Shown here: positions 1 through 16,053 of the stretch, piece by piece
How the letters are laid out: each line of letters begins with the position of its first letter
How positions within the stretch are numbered: the stretch's first letter is position 1
Assembly (NCBI RefSeq): GCF_009914755.1
Contig: NC_060944.1
Length of the DNA stretch: 64,000 nt
From: the human T2T-CHM13v2.0 reference genome, Homo sapiens
Reading direction: 5' to 3' (one strand)
The notes under the pieces: generated by a model
Database searches by the model: none
What the model saw: only the letters and a program-made list of their open reading frames with translations
Told to the model about the DNA's origin: nothing
Made by a program: the position numbers and the translations under genes

Positions 1-196
1 GGAGGGGGAAGTGTATATGGTATCTTCTAGACTATAGTGAACTAAAAAGACTACTATTAAATATGTCTATTATATAGTAACATCTTGTATAAATACATTT
101 TTATGATATACCATAAAAGTATATGCATACAAAAGTAAAATGGCAAAATGTTAACAACTGCCAAACACAGGTGCTGTTCACTGTATTATTCTCTCA

Positions 197-564
<368 letters not shown>

Positions 565-679
565 CTAATATCTTTCACTTATAAAGATTTCATGTAAATG
601 AAAATATTAACACAGAGCAAAGAGAATTCACAGACAAAACCAAATGGTCAATAAACAGAAGGAAATTATTTCGCCTATC

Positions 680-980
680 TCACAAATGTTAACTGAGCAC
701 TTATTATGTTGCGATCACAGCTCCAGGTGCTGGTGACACAAGCCGTGAACAAGAGGTTAAAATCGTCTCTCATGTAGTATACCTTCACGTTGGGAAAGAC
801 AGAGGCAAAGCAGGACAGAAGGGTTGGAGACTGAATGAGGGGGCTGGTTTTGTTAGGGTAGTTAAGGAAGGCCTCTTCAAGAAGGTGACACACAAACAAT
901 GACCTGGATGAAGCGAGGGAGGTGATATGTGAGAACACCTGAAGAAGGGTGTGGCAGGAGAAGGGAATGGTCAAGATGGT
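680..980 (-). mobile_element. L2 relic
   Basis: actgagcacttattatgt...ggtgctggtgacaca...ttaaggaaggcctct. Confidence 0.5.
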
Positions 981-1968
981 TGAAGAATTGCAGCTAATGG
1001 GGTAACATGATAAGCAAAACCTAAAGTCAAAAGAGGCTTTAGAAACTCCTCTGTGTGTATTAAGTCCCTGCGAATACTCTTGCACACCTGTCCAGTAGAC
1101 ATGCCCAGCCAAGAGAACATGCCAGCATAAAAGTGCTGCCAGGCTTGCCTATCAGTGCTACCAAGCCATTTGTTTTGCACTTCCAAGAAGAAATATTTAT
1201 TGTATGCAGCCCTTCTCCCTAGAGAAAATGCTCCTCATCACTGGTCCTATCTGAAATTTTTTTCAGGGAATAATATACGAATCTTAAGAGTATAATCTTT
1301 CTCTGTCTTAATGTATGTGTATGTCCTTACACATATAAATATCATCAAGGTTCCACTTGCTTAGGGTATGAACCCCCCATTCCCTAAATTTACCACTGCT
1401 CCTATGCTCTCAAGCCAAGAGCTCCTTTTGAAATGAATGGACAAATGACATATGCAAAATATTATTCTGTAGCAGGGAGAAAATTAGACTGTATATAATT
1501 AATATTTAAAGCAGATAAAGATCTTCACATACAGCTGTGGAAAATAATTTCAAAAAGCCCACAATAAACTATTTCAGATTTTATAACAACCTGGTGAAGA
1601 GTCTTAAAAATAAACTTGAAAGGAGGACTGTAATAAGGGAGAAAGAAAAAAAAATCCCCAAGATAGGGCTAAACATGATATCCGGTTTTAGCATGAAGAA
1701 AATTTCTTTGCTAACAAAGAATTTACTATGATGTTAGACTGAATTGTTTAGTGAAAAGATAAACAATGCATACAGATGATTTCTGCACTGTTAATAAGAT
1801 CAAATATTAAGAGATCACATCTATATTTTTTTAAAAAACATTTTTTCCTCCCTGGAAAAATTTCAGACTTAAGTTAGATGAACAGTACTAGGGAAATGAA
1901 AGTTTGTGTTCTAAAATATTGTCTTTATTTTTCAGTCAATCTTTTGTCAAGTAAGGAACCACATCTCT

Positions 1969-2280
1969 AGCTGGGTGTGGTAGCTCACACCTATAATCCC
2001 AGCACTTTGGAAGGCTGAAGGAGGAAGATTGCTTGAAGCCAGGAGTTTGAGACCAGCCTGAGCAACAAAGCAAGACCCCAGCTCCACATTTTTTTTTTTT
2101 TAAATTAGCCAGGCATGGTGGTGTATGCCTGCAGTCCCAGCTACTTGGGAGGCTGGGGCAAGAGGATCACTTGAACCCAGGAGAGTTCGAGGCTGCAGTG
2201 AGCCATAATAGCACCACTGTGCACTCCACCCTGAGTGACAGAGCAAAATGCTGTCAAAAAAAGAAGAAAAAAAAAAGAAA
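1969..2280 (+). mobile_element. AluJ
   Basis: Diverged Alu with J diagnostics (ggattgcttgaagccagg, gaggctgcagtgagcc). Confidence 0.9.
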
Positions 2281-2905
2281 CTACATCTCCTGGGACTGCT
2301 GCAAAAAATACATATGGATTGATTCTATTAAGTCAATACTAACAGAGACTCCGAGTCAGATATTAGAGTTTTACAGTTAAATAAATCTAACCAATCCTTA
2401 CTGAGGCTAGAATCCTTTTAGGCAAAAAATGTAACAGAATACATCCATGGAAAAAGATAGTGTGTAAAAATAAAATTCATCTCTAAAGGAAATTTCATTT
2501 CCCATTACTTATAATGTCAGAGACTTGTTCCCATAATAAACTTCCTCCAGAGGGTTTAGTTGAGCAATTCATATGAGAGAAGCTAAGAAAGTTCACTGGA
2601 GGGCAGATGGATGTGGTCTCAGTACTGACCAGATGGGAGTGGTAAGCGCCCTAGTGATTTACTCTTTTGTACCAAGTTCCTGCATCACTTGCCCATAATC
2701 AGATGCAGTCTGTTAAGGATAATCTCCCTCTAGGTTTAATCTCCCTCTAGGCTACCACATTCTGGTGCTGCTTTACAATGTTGTAAAATTACAAAAAATA
2801 AAGGGAAGCCCACTAGGACTCAGATTCTACCAGCTACCACTGGAAAATTAGCAGATTTTTCTAATATTTCATTTCATTTTCAGCTCATTAATGTGCTCAT
2901 CCTAG

Positions 2906-3216
<311 letters not shown>

Positions 3217-3723
3217 CCTAGATGATATTTTTAAAACTCTCATTTGACACCAAGTTTGCAATTTAGAAGGAAATCAAAGAAAAAATTATAAAAGATAGAA
3301 GAAAAAATTATAAAAGATCTCTAACATTCACCCTGGCACCTAATCTGAGCCAAACGCCAGGTCTGGCATCAATGAACTCATTTCCTCCACATTTTGAAGG
3401 CACATAAGTTTAGCTCTATGGGATTGCCTAGAGCAAAAATGTTATAAATGTACCCAAGTCATCTGGTTTACAATGTTTTTGTCCTGTTTAACTACAGAAC
3501 TTGAACTGTACACTGAAAACACTAGTGTGCCAAATTCATTATATCTTAAATATTTTTGAAAAGCAAGGTCTATATCCTTAGATAATGACTATATTTTACT
3601 TCCACCAGGTACTAAAATCTAAAATTATTTTGACAAACTAATAATGAAGGCAACACTGTAGTAATAAATTAATATACCAATGTAGGTCATCTGAGTTATT
3701 TTATTTCTACATTTTAAAAATTA

Positions 3724-4111
<388 letters not shown>

Positions 4112-5099
4112 TTATATCTGGAAGGCACACAAAAAACTTCCAACTTCTTCCTGACTCCCTATGGGAATCCATTTCCCTGAGGTTATAAGCATGCTTCCAC
4201 CTATCCTTAAAACCATCCTCCTGGATCATGAGTACAAAATGTTAACATTCAATATATTCTTCCTTATGTCTTCTGGATACTGTTAAGCACAAATTTAGTT
4301 TTTGCTGGGGAGGAAAAGGTTCAGAATTGAGTAAAAACTTCTCATTAAATCCATCTATTTGAGCATATACATGATATATATCTAACACATATTTTAAAAG
4401 TCCAGTTATACCATAGGAAGTCAGATTAAAATGTAAAGTATGGGAAAACTGTATCATTCTCATATATTTAAATATTTTGTAACATGCTGAAAGTCATATG
4501 GGAGGACTGGGTGATTCTGACACTCAATAATTGTTGACTGAATAACCACGTACATGAATGGGGGCACACAGCTTTGTAATGTGCCTTTGAAAAGCCATGT
4601 CCAGCATGATTTAAAAGGGACATGCTCCTTTTGTGGCTCAGCTGGTTCTCTCTTTCTCTGCCTAGGCCTCCCATACCGCTGCTCTTGCCACATGTTCTAT
4701 GGTTTTGTATCTGGCCTGGCCTTCAAATTTATACGCCCCATCTTTCTCCATTTTCAGCCATCCAGACCTGAACACTCTCCTTAAAATTGACAATTAATTG
4801 AATCAACCGCCTTAGGCAGTAACCTCCTGCACCCTGCCCCCTCCAGTGACCTGTTTCTACGTCCCTACCCTATCTGCTCATGCAGATTATCTGTGCTTCT
4901 GCAAGTGAATGAACAAACAGTATAAATCCATAAACCAATCAGGTAAATCCCTCATCCTTCTGCCACCAAATATACAAATTTATCTGCATTTGTATTTACT
5001 TTTATTTCCCCCATTTTCTGTATCTTAGTAACTTCTTTTCTGTTGGAACAATCCCAAGGGAAAGAAAACATGCCCTAAAAGCTCATATCTTTAAAAAAA

Positions 5100-6480
5100 T
5101 ACCTTCTCCTTACCTACATTCAGGTACTGCTCCACGTCTTTGCTCCCCTTCACAGTGAAACTTCTGAAAAAAGATCTACATTCTTGGTCTCTACTTCCTT
5201 ACCTTTCACCTCAAACTTTAACCCACACTAATCTACTGAAACCTCTACCACCTCACCAAGTGTCTGTGAGCCACTACATTAATACTGTTCCTCCTATTTC
5301 CCAGCCGCCGCTTCTCAGCTTCTTAAGCTTTTCCCATCCTTTCAGGTAGCACTTCCTCCAGTATGACAGATTAACAGTGCCTCATGTGGACTTCACCTGA
5401 CCTTAGGGCCCATCCTGCATCCTCTTCTCTTATCACTGCTCTCTACTCGCACTGCCATGGTTTGAAGTACTATTTACATGCTACTGATCCTTAACTCTGT
5501 ATTTGTACTCTGATTTCTCTGCTCATCTCTCAGACTTATATCTCAATATCAACCAAACACCTCCATTTGTATATCTAATTGACATCTCAAAGTGATTATA
5601 CCACAAATGGACGTATTTACTTTGCTTCCCACTCAAACTTATTGTTTCCACATTTCTTCCTCAGTAAATGGAAGAACATTCTTCCATAGACTCAAACCAA
5701 AAACAGAAGTTATGCTAAATTTCTTCCTGATTTAGCAAGTATACTTCCAAAGTATATCTAGAGTTCCATTCTCTTCTCCATCCAATTCCACGAGCGGCAT
5801 GCCAGGTAAACAACCATTATCTTTGGTCTAGAGCTCGGCAAAAGTCTGGTCTTCCAGCCCTCACCAGTCCTCAAACTGTTCTCTTCACAGGCACCAGAGT
5901 AATATGTTAATCTATACCAGATTATGTCTCATCTTTGCTTAAAGATTGTTTGGGCTTTCCACTATCAGTAAAGTAAAATCTAAATTTGTTGTCAGGACAA
6001 CAAAGCCCTACAGGGGTAGTTTCCACTGAGTCTCCAGCCTGTCCTCATACCAATTCCCTCTCCGACAATGCTCCAGCCACACTGATGTCTTTCAATTCTT
6101 AACACCACACAGTGCATTCTCACCTTGGAGTCTTTCTACCCACTCTCCCCTCATTTGCAATGCTCTTCCCCCAGCTCTTCATGCCTGACTCCTCATTCCA
6201 CAGGTCTCAGCTCTAATGCCATCATCTCAGAGAAGCCTTCTTTGCCTACCCAATGTAAACTCCCATATCTCCTACTTCTATCCAGTTATATCTTCTATTT
6301 CTTTCCTTGAAAACATTTACCATACCCTCATACTATTTATCTGTCTAACATGTCTTTCTTTAAACCAGACTCCATGAGGGATGCAATCCTGTTTGTATTA
6401 TCACTACTGTATCTCTAGCCTAGCAGAGAGCTCAGCACCTGGTAGGCAATCAAAACAGTTATTATAGAATGAATAAACAA
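5100..6480 (+). mobile_element. L2 relic (3' part)
   Basis: C/T-rich; ends ctgtatctctagcctagcagagagctcagcacctggtaggcaatc...gaatgaataaa. Confidence 0.6.
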
Positions 6481-8085
6481 ACATGGCAAGACACTAGCTT
6501 TTTGTCCTAAATTTTATGTAAAAAATTCTGGCCTTGCTGTTTTGCTTTTTCAAAACAAAACAAAACAAAACAAAACCCACTGCAAAACACACACACAAAA
6601 ACAGAAAAGCCCAGATAGAAACAATTACCCTCTGGGAACACTCTGAAATCAAAAGTAAATTATAAGCAAGCAAATTTTATCTATACCTTTTTTCTTTGGA
6701 ACTTCTGATAATAACTTTACAGAAAGCTTACTCTCAATTTAAATGTGTTGATTCCAAAAAACTGGCTACCCCAAGCCATCAAACCATTTAACTTATTCTT
6801 TGAATCCTATTCTGAGTTCTGCAATTTGACCAGACTTCACATGCCAAAGGAAACATTTTGGACAGAGAACAAGGAAACTATAATGCTTAGCATTTCTCCA
6901 TTATAAAGTTGGTTTCCTGAAACCAGAGGATAAGGCTAAAATCCATCATCTTCTAGAAATGACCACTCAGGTATGATAAAAAGCAGAATATGCTAAGTTT
7001 CCACTTCTCTGTCCAATTCCCAAGAATCTCACATTCTATAATAGACTTTATTTATCTTAATCTCCTTCTCATCAATAAAATGTCAGTACTAAAAAGCTGT
7101 AACAATCAGGAAGTAATTTTGAGCAATTCTGACTTTCCTGTTGAGAACTATTCTGGCCCACTAGTCACAAGGGAAAAAAACAGGGAAACTTCATAAACTC
7201 CTTCTCTTTACAATGCCAGCGTGGAGTTGCTCCAGGAGCAAGCCTTTTGGGGTTCTTGTGTGTGGTATAATGATCGGGGAAGGCAAAATGCATGAGAACA
7301 AATGGTAAATCCTTACAGTGATTTCTGTACTGACTTACCAAGTATGGCCTGAACCTTACCAAACACATTTACACATACGCATTTCCTCCACATAATGGAG
7401 GAAAGAAAGAATGAGTAGTGCATATGAGGTGGAAACAAGGCTCCCTGGATATAGGAAATCAGATACCAGATAATTTAGGGATTCAAGGAAAAAGAGGAGT
7501 AAGGAAAGCTGGCTTTCTAGCTATAATTAAGCATAATGAGTACAAAAGGGATAAAATGAAACATAGATGCTTTTGTATGTTTCAGCAGAAAAAGCTTTTA
7601 TACGAAATTTCATGCATAAATTTAAAAAAATTATACACATATCAACATGCACATAAAAACAAATTTGTTTCATACTTTTAATTCTTGATAGACTTTGCTG
7701 AGAGGGACCTAGAATGGATACGCTATTAAAAATCAGTGAAAGTACACAAGAAAATATTTATTCCTCTTTCTATTTCCTCTCATTCTTTTATAGAGTCGAT
7801 CTGACTGGCACTAAGGATATTTCCCAGAAAGGAATCCCCAGTAAACTACTAACCACGTTATCAAAAGTCTCCTATATTAAAATTATCCCTTGTATGTAGA
7901 AGGGACAAGTTGACCCTTCCCAATCAGATTAATGACTGTATGCCACAGGACAGACTTGCTTATGTCACTAAGGGAGCTACACAAATACTAGCAATTTTAA
8001 AAGAATGATTAGTTTATATTGCTTCCATGTACCTCACCTTTTTCTTTAGATTCCAGTTGAAAACTACAGATATGAGCTGGCTTAC

Positions 8086-8173
8086 CTATTTGTTTAACTT
8101 CTTCAGCAAAGTATGGGTCATTCAAATCAACATCAGAGGGAAGTTCCTCTTCACTGGCCTCTTCAGCAAGAGC
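8086..8173 (-). CDS. ESF1: ESF1 exon 11
   Basis: cttttaag|GCTCTT...ATAG|gtaagc; 88 nt; ALAEEASEEELPSDVDLNDPYFAEEVKQIG; cumulative CDS 2038 nt with frame intact. Confidence 0.95.
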
Positions 8174-8292
8174 CTTAAAAGTTGAATATAAAAATACAAA
8201 ATTTCATTATTACAAGAATTATAATAAATGTATACCAAGAAAAACTATGCATTTCTTTTAAACCAAGTAGTTCAATCTAAAAGTAAATCAGT

Positions 8293-8604
<312 letters not shown>

Positions 8605-8684
8605 GTAAACCAGTTTTTAAATGGACCAGTTTATAAAACAACTCCCACCTAAGTTATTCTGTTTGTTCAACAAATAATTATAGA

Positions 8685-8997
<313 letters not shown>

Positions 8998-9786
8998 TTA
9001 ATAAATGCAGGAAACCATGTAGGCCTTTTGGGAGACATGGAAGTTATCAGATACATGGTTTCTGCCCTCAAAAATTTTACCATCTATTAAAGGAAATCAG
9101 ACACATAAACACATAAATAGACAAATACATAAATAAAAATAATTCAAGATAGGAAGGGTTAGGAGGGACAAAGTGATGCAGACATTTGAAGGAGAAGATC
9201 TGAAGGAGAAGAATACTTTTAGATGGGTGATCAGTGATGGGAGGTGGCATTTTCTCTCATAAAACTGAAAAATGATAGTGACTGAATTACTTGAAGTAGT
9301 GCACTGTGAATTATCTCTTAAATTATTAGTTACAACAATTTATTTGTTGGTTAAAGAAAAGAATTTTTATTATGAAAATCTAAAACATACATAAAAGTAG
9401 GACAATGTAATGAACCCTCTGTTCTCATCGCCCAATTTTAACAATTATCTTGTTTTATCTATAAGCCACCCCTAAAAACTGTCAGGCTATTTTTAAGTAA
9501 GTCTGTTGGTTAAATTTTTCCTAATCTAATTTGAACAGACTTTTTACTAAATTAGCAAATTTAAATAAAGCAATCAAATCTATACAATAAATAGAACACA
9601 TGTGAACTAAGATCAGGCTAACCAGACTGAATTTATCTCTAGCAATCTAAAACATCTCAAGTCATTTAAACAAAAATATTTAGAATGCCATTATTGTTAA
9701 ACATCCTGCATGCAAAAAGAATCACTAAAGCCCTAAAGAATATTTATTTTGACATTAATGTCCTTTTAAGAACAAGTGCTTCTGGC

Positions 9787-10391
<605 letters not shown>

Positions 10392-10992
10392 AGAACAAGC
10401 GCTTCTAAGAATTTTTTTTTTTTTTTTACCAAACTATTTTATGGATTCAGCAGTAACATACTTTTAACAAAGAATATTTGCTATGTACCTACTCAACACA
10501 TTTCTTTAACTGCTTTATAGATCTCAACAACAGCTAGATCAAAATACTAGATAACACGGCATATATCAGGTATTCATTTCTTCAGTAATAATTTTTCAGT
10601 ATCAAAATTGAAACCACTGAGGAACAAATGGGCAAAAATATTTTTAACTTGAAGAAAATTCTTGAAACTCTTCTATATACAAAGAACCTGTGGAGTTGGA
10701 AAGGATCTGTTGGAGTCAAGGCCGGTACTGAGTACTGTAGGGTCTAGAACACCCTGGACACTCAACAATGTATTTTGAATGCTGCTGACCAACGAGTCCA
10801 GACTTAGCCCAAATGAATGGAAAAAGTAAAAGCACAAACTCGAAGCTCCCAGCAAATGAAAATCAAACTGAATAGCTGCTACAATTCTCAGAATGACTAC
10901 TTTATTGACCCCATGAGGGCCCACTTGAGACATCTCCAATAAACTGATAGCTTAACACTTGTGGAGTTATTTCATTTATAAGATATTTTACT

Positions 10993-11297
<305 letters not shown>

Positions 11298-11356
11298 CTA
11301 GGGAAGAAGAGAGTTAGTTAGCACATCAATGGGAGCAGGGCTCTTACCCCACGTGG

Positions 11357-12070
11357 TGTTACATATATATTATTTTCATACATGGTTTCTGGCTCATAAG
11401 TTCCTTAGCCCTTGCTATAGTCTTTTGTGTTCGGTCTTAAGGGCAGGACTGTACTCTTCCCTCACCTTTCTAATTGTGCATCTTAAGACCTTCCCCAGAG
11501 AGGGTCCTGCCCTGTAGTTGTGGGGAAGGAATGCTGGCATCATGAAGCTTCCATAAAAACCCGAGAAACGAGTTCACAGAGCTTCTGGATAGCTGGACAC
11601 ATGGAGGTTCCTGGAGGGTGGAGCGCCCAGGGAGGCATGGAAGCTCCACAGCCCTTCCCCCATACCTTACCCTATTTCCTCTGTATCCTTTGTAATATCC
11701 TTTATGATAAACCAGCAAATGTGTGTAAATGTTTCCCTAAGGTCTGTGGCCACTCCAGCAAATTAATTGAACCTAAAGAGGGGGTCGTGGGAACCCCAAC
11801 TTGAAGCCAGTCAGTCAGAAGTTCTGGATGTCCAGACTTCAGACTGGTGTCTGAAAGGGTGGAGGCAGTCTTGGGGACCGAGCCCCCAATCTATGGGATC
11901 TGACACTATCTCCAGGTAGTGTTGGAATTGGAGGTCACCCAGCCGGTGTCCACTGGTTAGTGTGTGGAGAAAACTCCCTACCCATTTGGTCACAGAAGTC
12001 TTCTTCTGTGTTGATAGTTGTAGTGTGACAGCAGAGGAAAAACAAAGTCAGAAAGAGTTTTTCCCAAAAC
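11357..12070 (+). mobile_element. MER21-family solo LTR
   Basis: tg...ca ends; diagnostic segments ctggacacatggaggttcctggagggtgg...cccagggaggcatggaagctcc and gagggggtcgtgggaacccc. Confidence 0.75.
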
Positions 12071-12611
12071 ACCCAATTTCTCCATTTTACTATCCATTTC
12101 CACAAACACTGACTACAATAGAAGTATAAAAATTACTCCACTGCATCATTCAGCTTTGCATCTCTCTACCCGTCACAGCACTAAAAGTCAAAGCTATACC
12201 AAAAGCATTATAAGAACACACAGTATAGAAACAGTATAGTGGGGAACAGAAGAAAGAACACTGGTCTGAGTAACTGTGGATTCTGCTCTCAGCTTGGCCA
12301 CTGGTATGCTATGTAACCTCAGACTAATCAGCTAATTTTTTTTACAACTATAAAACAGGGCTGGACTAGAATTAATAATTTTAAGATTCCCCAAGCTGCA
12401 AAATTTTGTCATTATCAGTAATAACGCTCTAAGGCACACCACTTCCAGAATGCTGCATTTCAGTCACAAGAGCACTTTTAGTGGCAAAAACCTAAGTGAT
12501 CTGTACTATTACTGAGGACTCTGGAAAACTCTGGAAAAGATGCTATTCCCTGAACAACATGAGTCAAATCATATTGTCCACAGAAACCACATTAACACAG
12601 AGGAAATACTC

Positions 12612-12650
<39 letters not shown>

Positions 12651-12933
12651 TTGAGACAGAGTCTTGCCCTGTCGCCCAGGCTGGAGTGCAGTGGCACGAT
12701 CTTGACTCACTGTACCTCTGCCTCCTGGGTTCAAGCGATTCTCCTAATTCAGCCTCCCAAGTAGCTGGGATTACAGGTGCGCGCCACCACATCCACCTAA
12801 TTTTTGCATTTTTAGTAGAGGCAGGGTTTCGCCATGTTGGCCAAGCTGGTCTTGAATTCCTGACCTCAGGTGATCCACCTGCCTTGGCCTCCCAAAGTGC
12901 ACGGATTACAGGCATAAGCCACCACACCCAGCC
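12612..12933 (-). mobile_element. AluSx-like with (TTTA)n tail
   Basis: TSD aggaaatactctt. Confidence 0.93.
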
Positions 12934-13428
12934 AGGAAATACTCTTGATAAAGGAATTTAATGACAATAAGGTGACAGATGAGCCATAAGATAATACTGT
13001 AAGGTGAAAATGCAGGTTGACAGATGGAAAGTATGGCATAATTTCACTCATGTTAAAAACCTCTATGTGCATATATCCTCAAGGAAAAATGTCTGTATGT
13101 ACCTCTTTTGCTCAGAAACACAGAACAGAATCATACTGCTTATATCTAGATATTAACTATGTGTTTTACGTAGGTGGCATGTAAATGTAAAATGTCAGAA
13201 TGCAGCAGTTGAAGTGGCTCTGGACTGTGACCAGGCTTTGTACACCATTATGTGGCCATGATGAAAAAACTTTCTGCATTCTCACTTTCCTCTTTCTTAA
13301 AATTGGGATGATAACAAGGCCTACTTCAGTGAGTGGTTACATTTTGAGATAATGGATTCCAAGCACCTGGTACCATCTGATATATGGTTGGTATTCAACA
13401 AACATTTGGTCATAATTATCAATGATAC

Positions 13429-13550
13429 CTTCTGTTTCCTTTTCAGTCTTTTTTTCTCTTTCTTCTTCTCTAAAAATTGTTCCCAAGGGGTCAGTTTATC
13501 CTTTCCTTCCAATTTGTTTTTGACCATCTCTTCTGCACTTTCTTTAAGAC
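13429..13550 (-). CDS. ESF1: ESF1 exon 10
   Basis: ttcctcag|GTCTTAAA...CAGAAG|gtatca; 122 nt; LKESAEEMVKNKLEGKDKLTPWEQFLEKKKEKKRLKRKQK. Confidence 0.95.
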
Positions 13551-15846
13551 CTGAGGAAAAATCCAAATAGTTTAGCTTAAAATGTCTTATTGTCTGGCAA
13601 TCACTTAAACATATAATTTATAAAGACAAATATAATTTATGCATATTTAATAGAGTAACAAAGATAACATGCAATGGTAAATATCTGTAATACCCCAATA
13701 TCATACAGTGACATAGGACCAACTTCTATAAAAGTTATTTCCTAATAACAAACAACAATAACCTAACCAAACAAAATCAAAACAAACCAACAAACAAACC
13801 TAGCAACTTGATACATGGTCAAGCCACTAAAGAAAAATACTGTATTTAGGCTCAGCCTTCATTTCTCTAAACTTTTCTGTTTTGAGATGCTAAGAAAACT
13901 TCTGAACTAATTCTTCTCAGGATACTAATTAATTTTTGTAGCAAAAGACAAGTGGCTTTTCTTGTCTTTAATTATCCCCACTTGCTTCTGTCATCCAAGT
14001 GAAAGCCTATGTTCTCTGCAAACTACAGGTTTTGAACAAAAATTGTTTAGTAAGGAATCCCTGTTGAAATATCCCATGAGCAAAGGATTCTCAATCTTTT
14101 CTCAAGCATTCTGTGAGGCCTCATAGAAAAGATCAGAAGGACCACCAAGTTCAGATTCCATTTCATCATATGGTTTAGCTCTTTCAATGCTGCTATTTGC
14201 TCTTATATTTCATCTCAAAAGGTCTTTCTTCCTATAGTCTGCTGTTCCCGATTCACGTTTCTAGGTATCTTATGCAATAACTAGAGGGGGTAACAAGGTG
14301 GGAGAAAAAGCCCTAAGGCTGATCTATCCATTTACAAAGACCCTCATTATTGCCAAAGTAAAGGAAATGTAAATACTGTGCTGTCCCCTTTGATAATAAA
14401 GATGTTTTTTATTTTGTAGTAGTGTTTAGAGGACATAGTTGGGTGGATCTTTAAATATTTAGATGACACAAAATTCATTAAAAAAATGAGACATCATCAA
14501 ACCAGATCATCTTCTCAGATACATTCTAAATTCTAAGAAAGTAGAAACGATACTAAATACAGTTCTCTTTTGTTGATGAGTATATACAGACTGAGAACAT
14601 TTAGCAATTTGTCTAAGAACATGGAGGTAGGAAGCTGCACAGCTAAATTTTGAATTCCTGGTCATCCTCTCTTCTATTATCAGATACATCTAAAATGCTA
14701 GTTTGACCTACAGAATGAAGAAATATATGGCCCAAGAATAAAATCTAAAACTTTGGGCCTCTGGTTCCTTATCTGCAAAATGAATGGTTTAGATCAGAAG
14801 TATGCAACCCTTTCCTCCCACGTGCACTGATTTCCCCCCCTCAAAACATTTGGTAAAAGTAAAAATATATAAAACAACTAAAAACACTGCTTTTGGGCCT
14901 TGAGCTTCAACCAACAGTTTGAAACAGCTGAAACAGATCTCTAAGACCTTCCTTGGTTTTTAACCCAAGAATTAATCTCCAAATTTCTATAGCTTAGAAA
15001 AGTATTAATGTTAACCTATATGCACACTCAAGGTAACACAGATTTGTTTTTATGACATACTGCTGTTAGGATCTCTAACTTACAGGATGCCAAATCAGAA
15101 CACAATTCTCAATTCAAAAATGTTTCTTATGAGAAAAACATAATTCATTTAGTAAACAGTTTTCAGGAGAAATGTGTAATATAAAACCATGTTTAGATCT
15201 CTGATTCAACAGATAAACAGCACCTAAGAAATGTAAACTGGGATGTTCATTTGAGAGAAAGCAGCAAATTCTGATAAAACAAGTTGATTTCAAAGAACAA
15301 AATAATTTATGTATTCTGCCCATAGGTCAGCACACAATCAGTTCAGTCTAAAATTTTAAATGTACAGTGTTGTATTATTACATGATGTTTAAATAATACT
15401 CTTTGAAGTATTCTACTATAATTTCCTCATGCATTAAGATTGTATTACTTCAAAATACTAAACTAATATAGAAATTTTTTCACCAAAAAAGTTATTTTCT
15501 GATTTTGATCCAAGCTCTACTTCTGAATCACCATGATGCTAAGGAGGGTTCTATGTTGTTGTCTCTTAGGTGACTAGAGGACTGGGTTGATGTGTCTCAA
15601 CCTTTTTTGGAGGGATGGATAGCATGAGATTTTGATAAAAGTTATGGACTCTAACACTGTACTGGAAAAACTTGCATCCAATGTTCAGGAGGTTTATGAC
15701 TATCCAAAGATCATCTCTGTGTAATGATCCAAGAGCTTAAGGTAAAGAACATTTATAGGAGCTGAAGAGGTCTAGCCTGGGGGAAGATGAAAGTCCATTC
15801 CTGTAACTTTGAAGCTTAACAGCATTGACATTTGTAGGTTCTACAT

Positions 15847-16053
15847 CAGGTTTTCTCAATTTCAGTATTATTGTTATTTTGGACCAGATAATTCTTTGTT
15901 GTGACGGGCTATCCTGTGCACTGGAAGTTATTCAGCAATATCTCTGGTTATCCACTAGATGCTAGTAACTCCAGGTGTAATAATAAAAAATGTCTCCAGA
16001 CATTGCCAAATATCCTCTTGGGGGGCAAAATTACCTCTAGCTAAGAATCACTG
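15847..16053 (+). mobile_element. MER20 (hAT-Charlie MITE)
   Basis: cag..ttctcaat...ggaccagataattctttgttgtg...aaaaatgtctccagacattgccaaat...agaatcactg. Confidence 0.85.

Noticed and set aside
675-1112. 145-aa minus-strand ORF
   Set aside because: Overlaps an L2 relic, has no recognisable protein features and does not match the ESF1 C-terminus.
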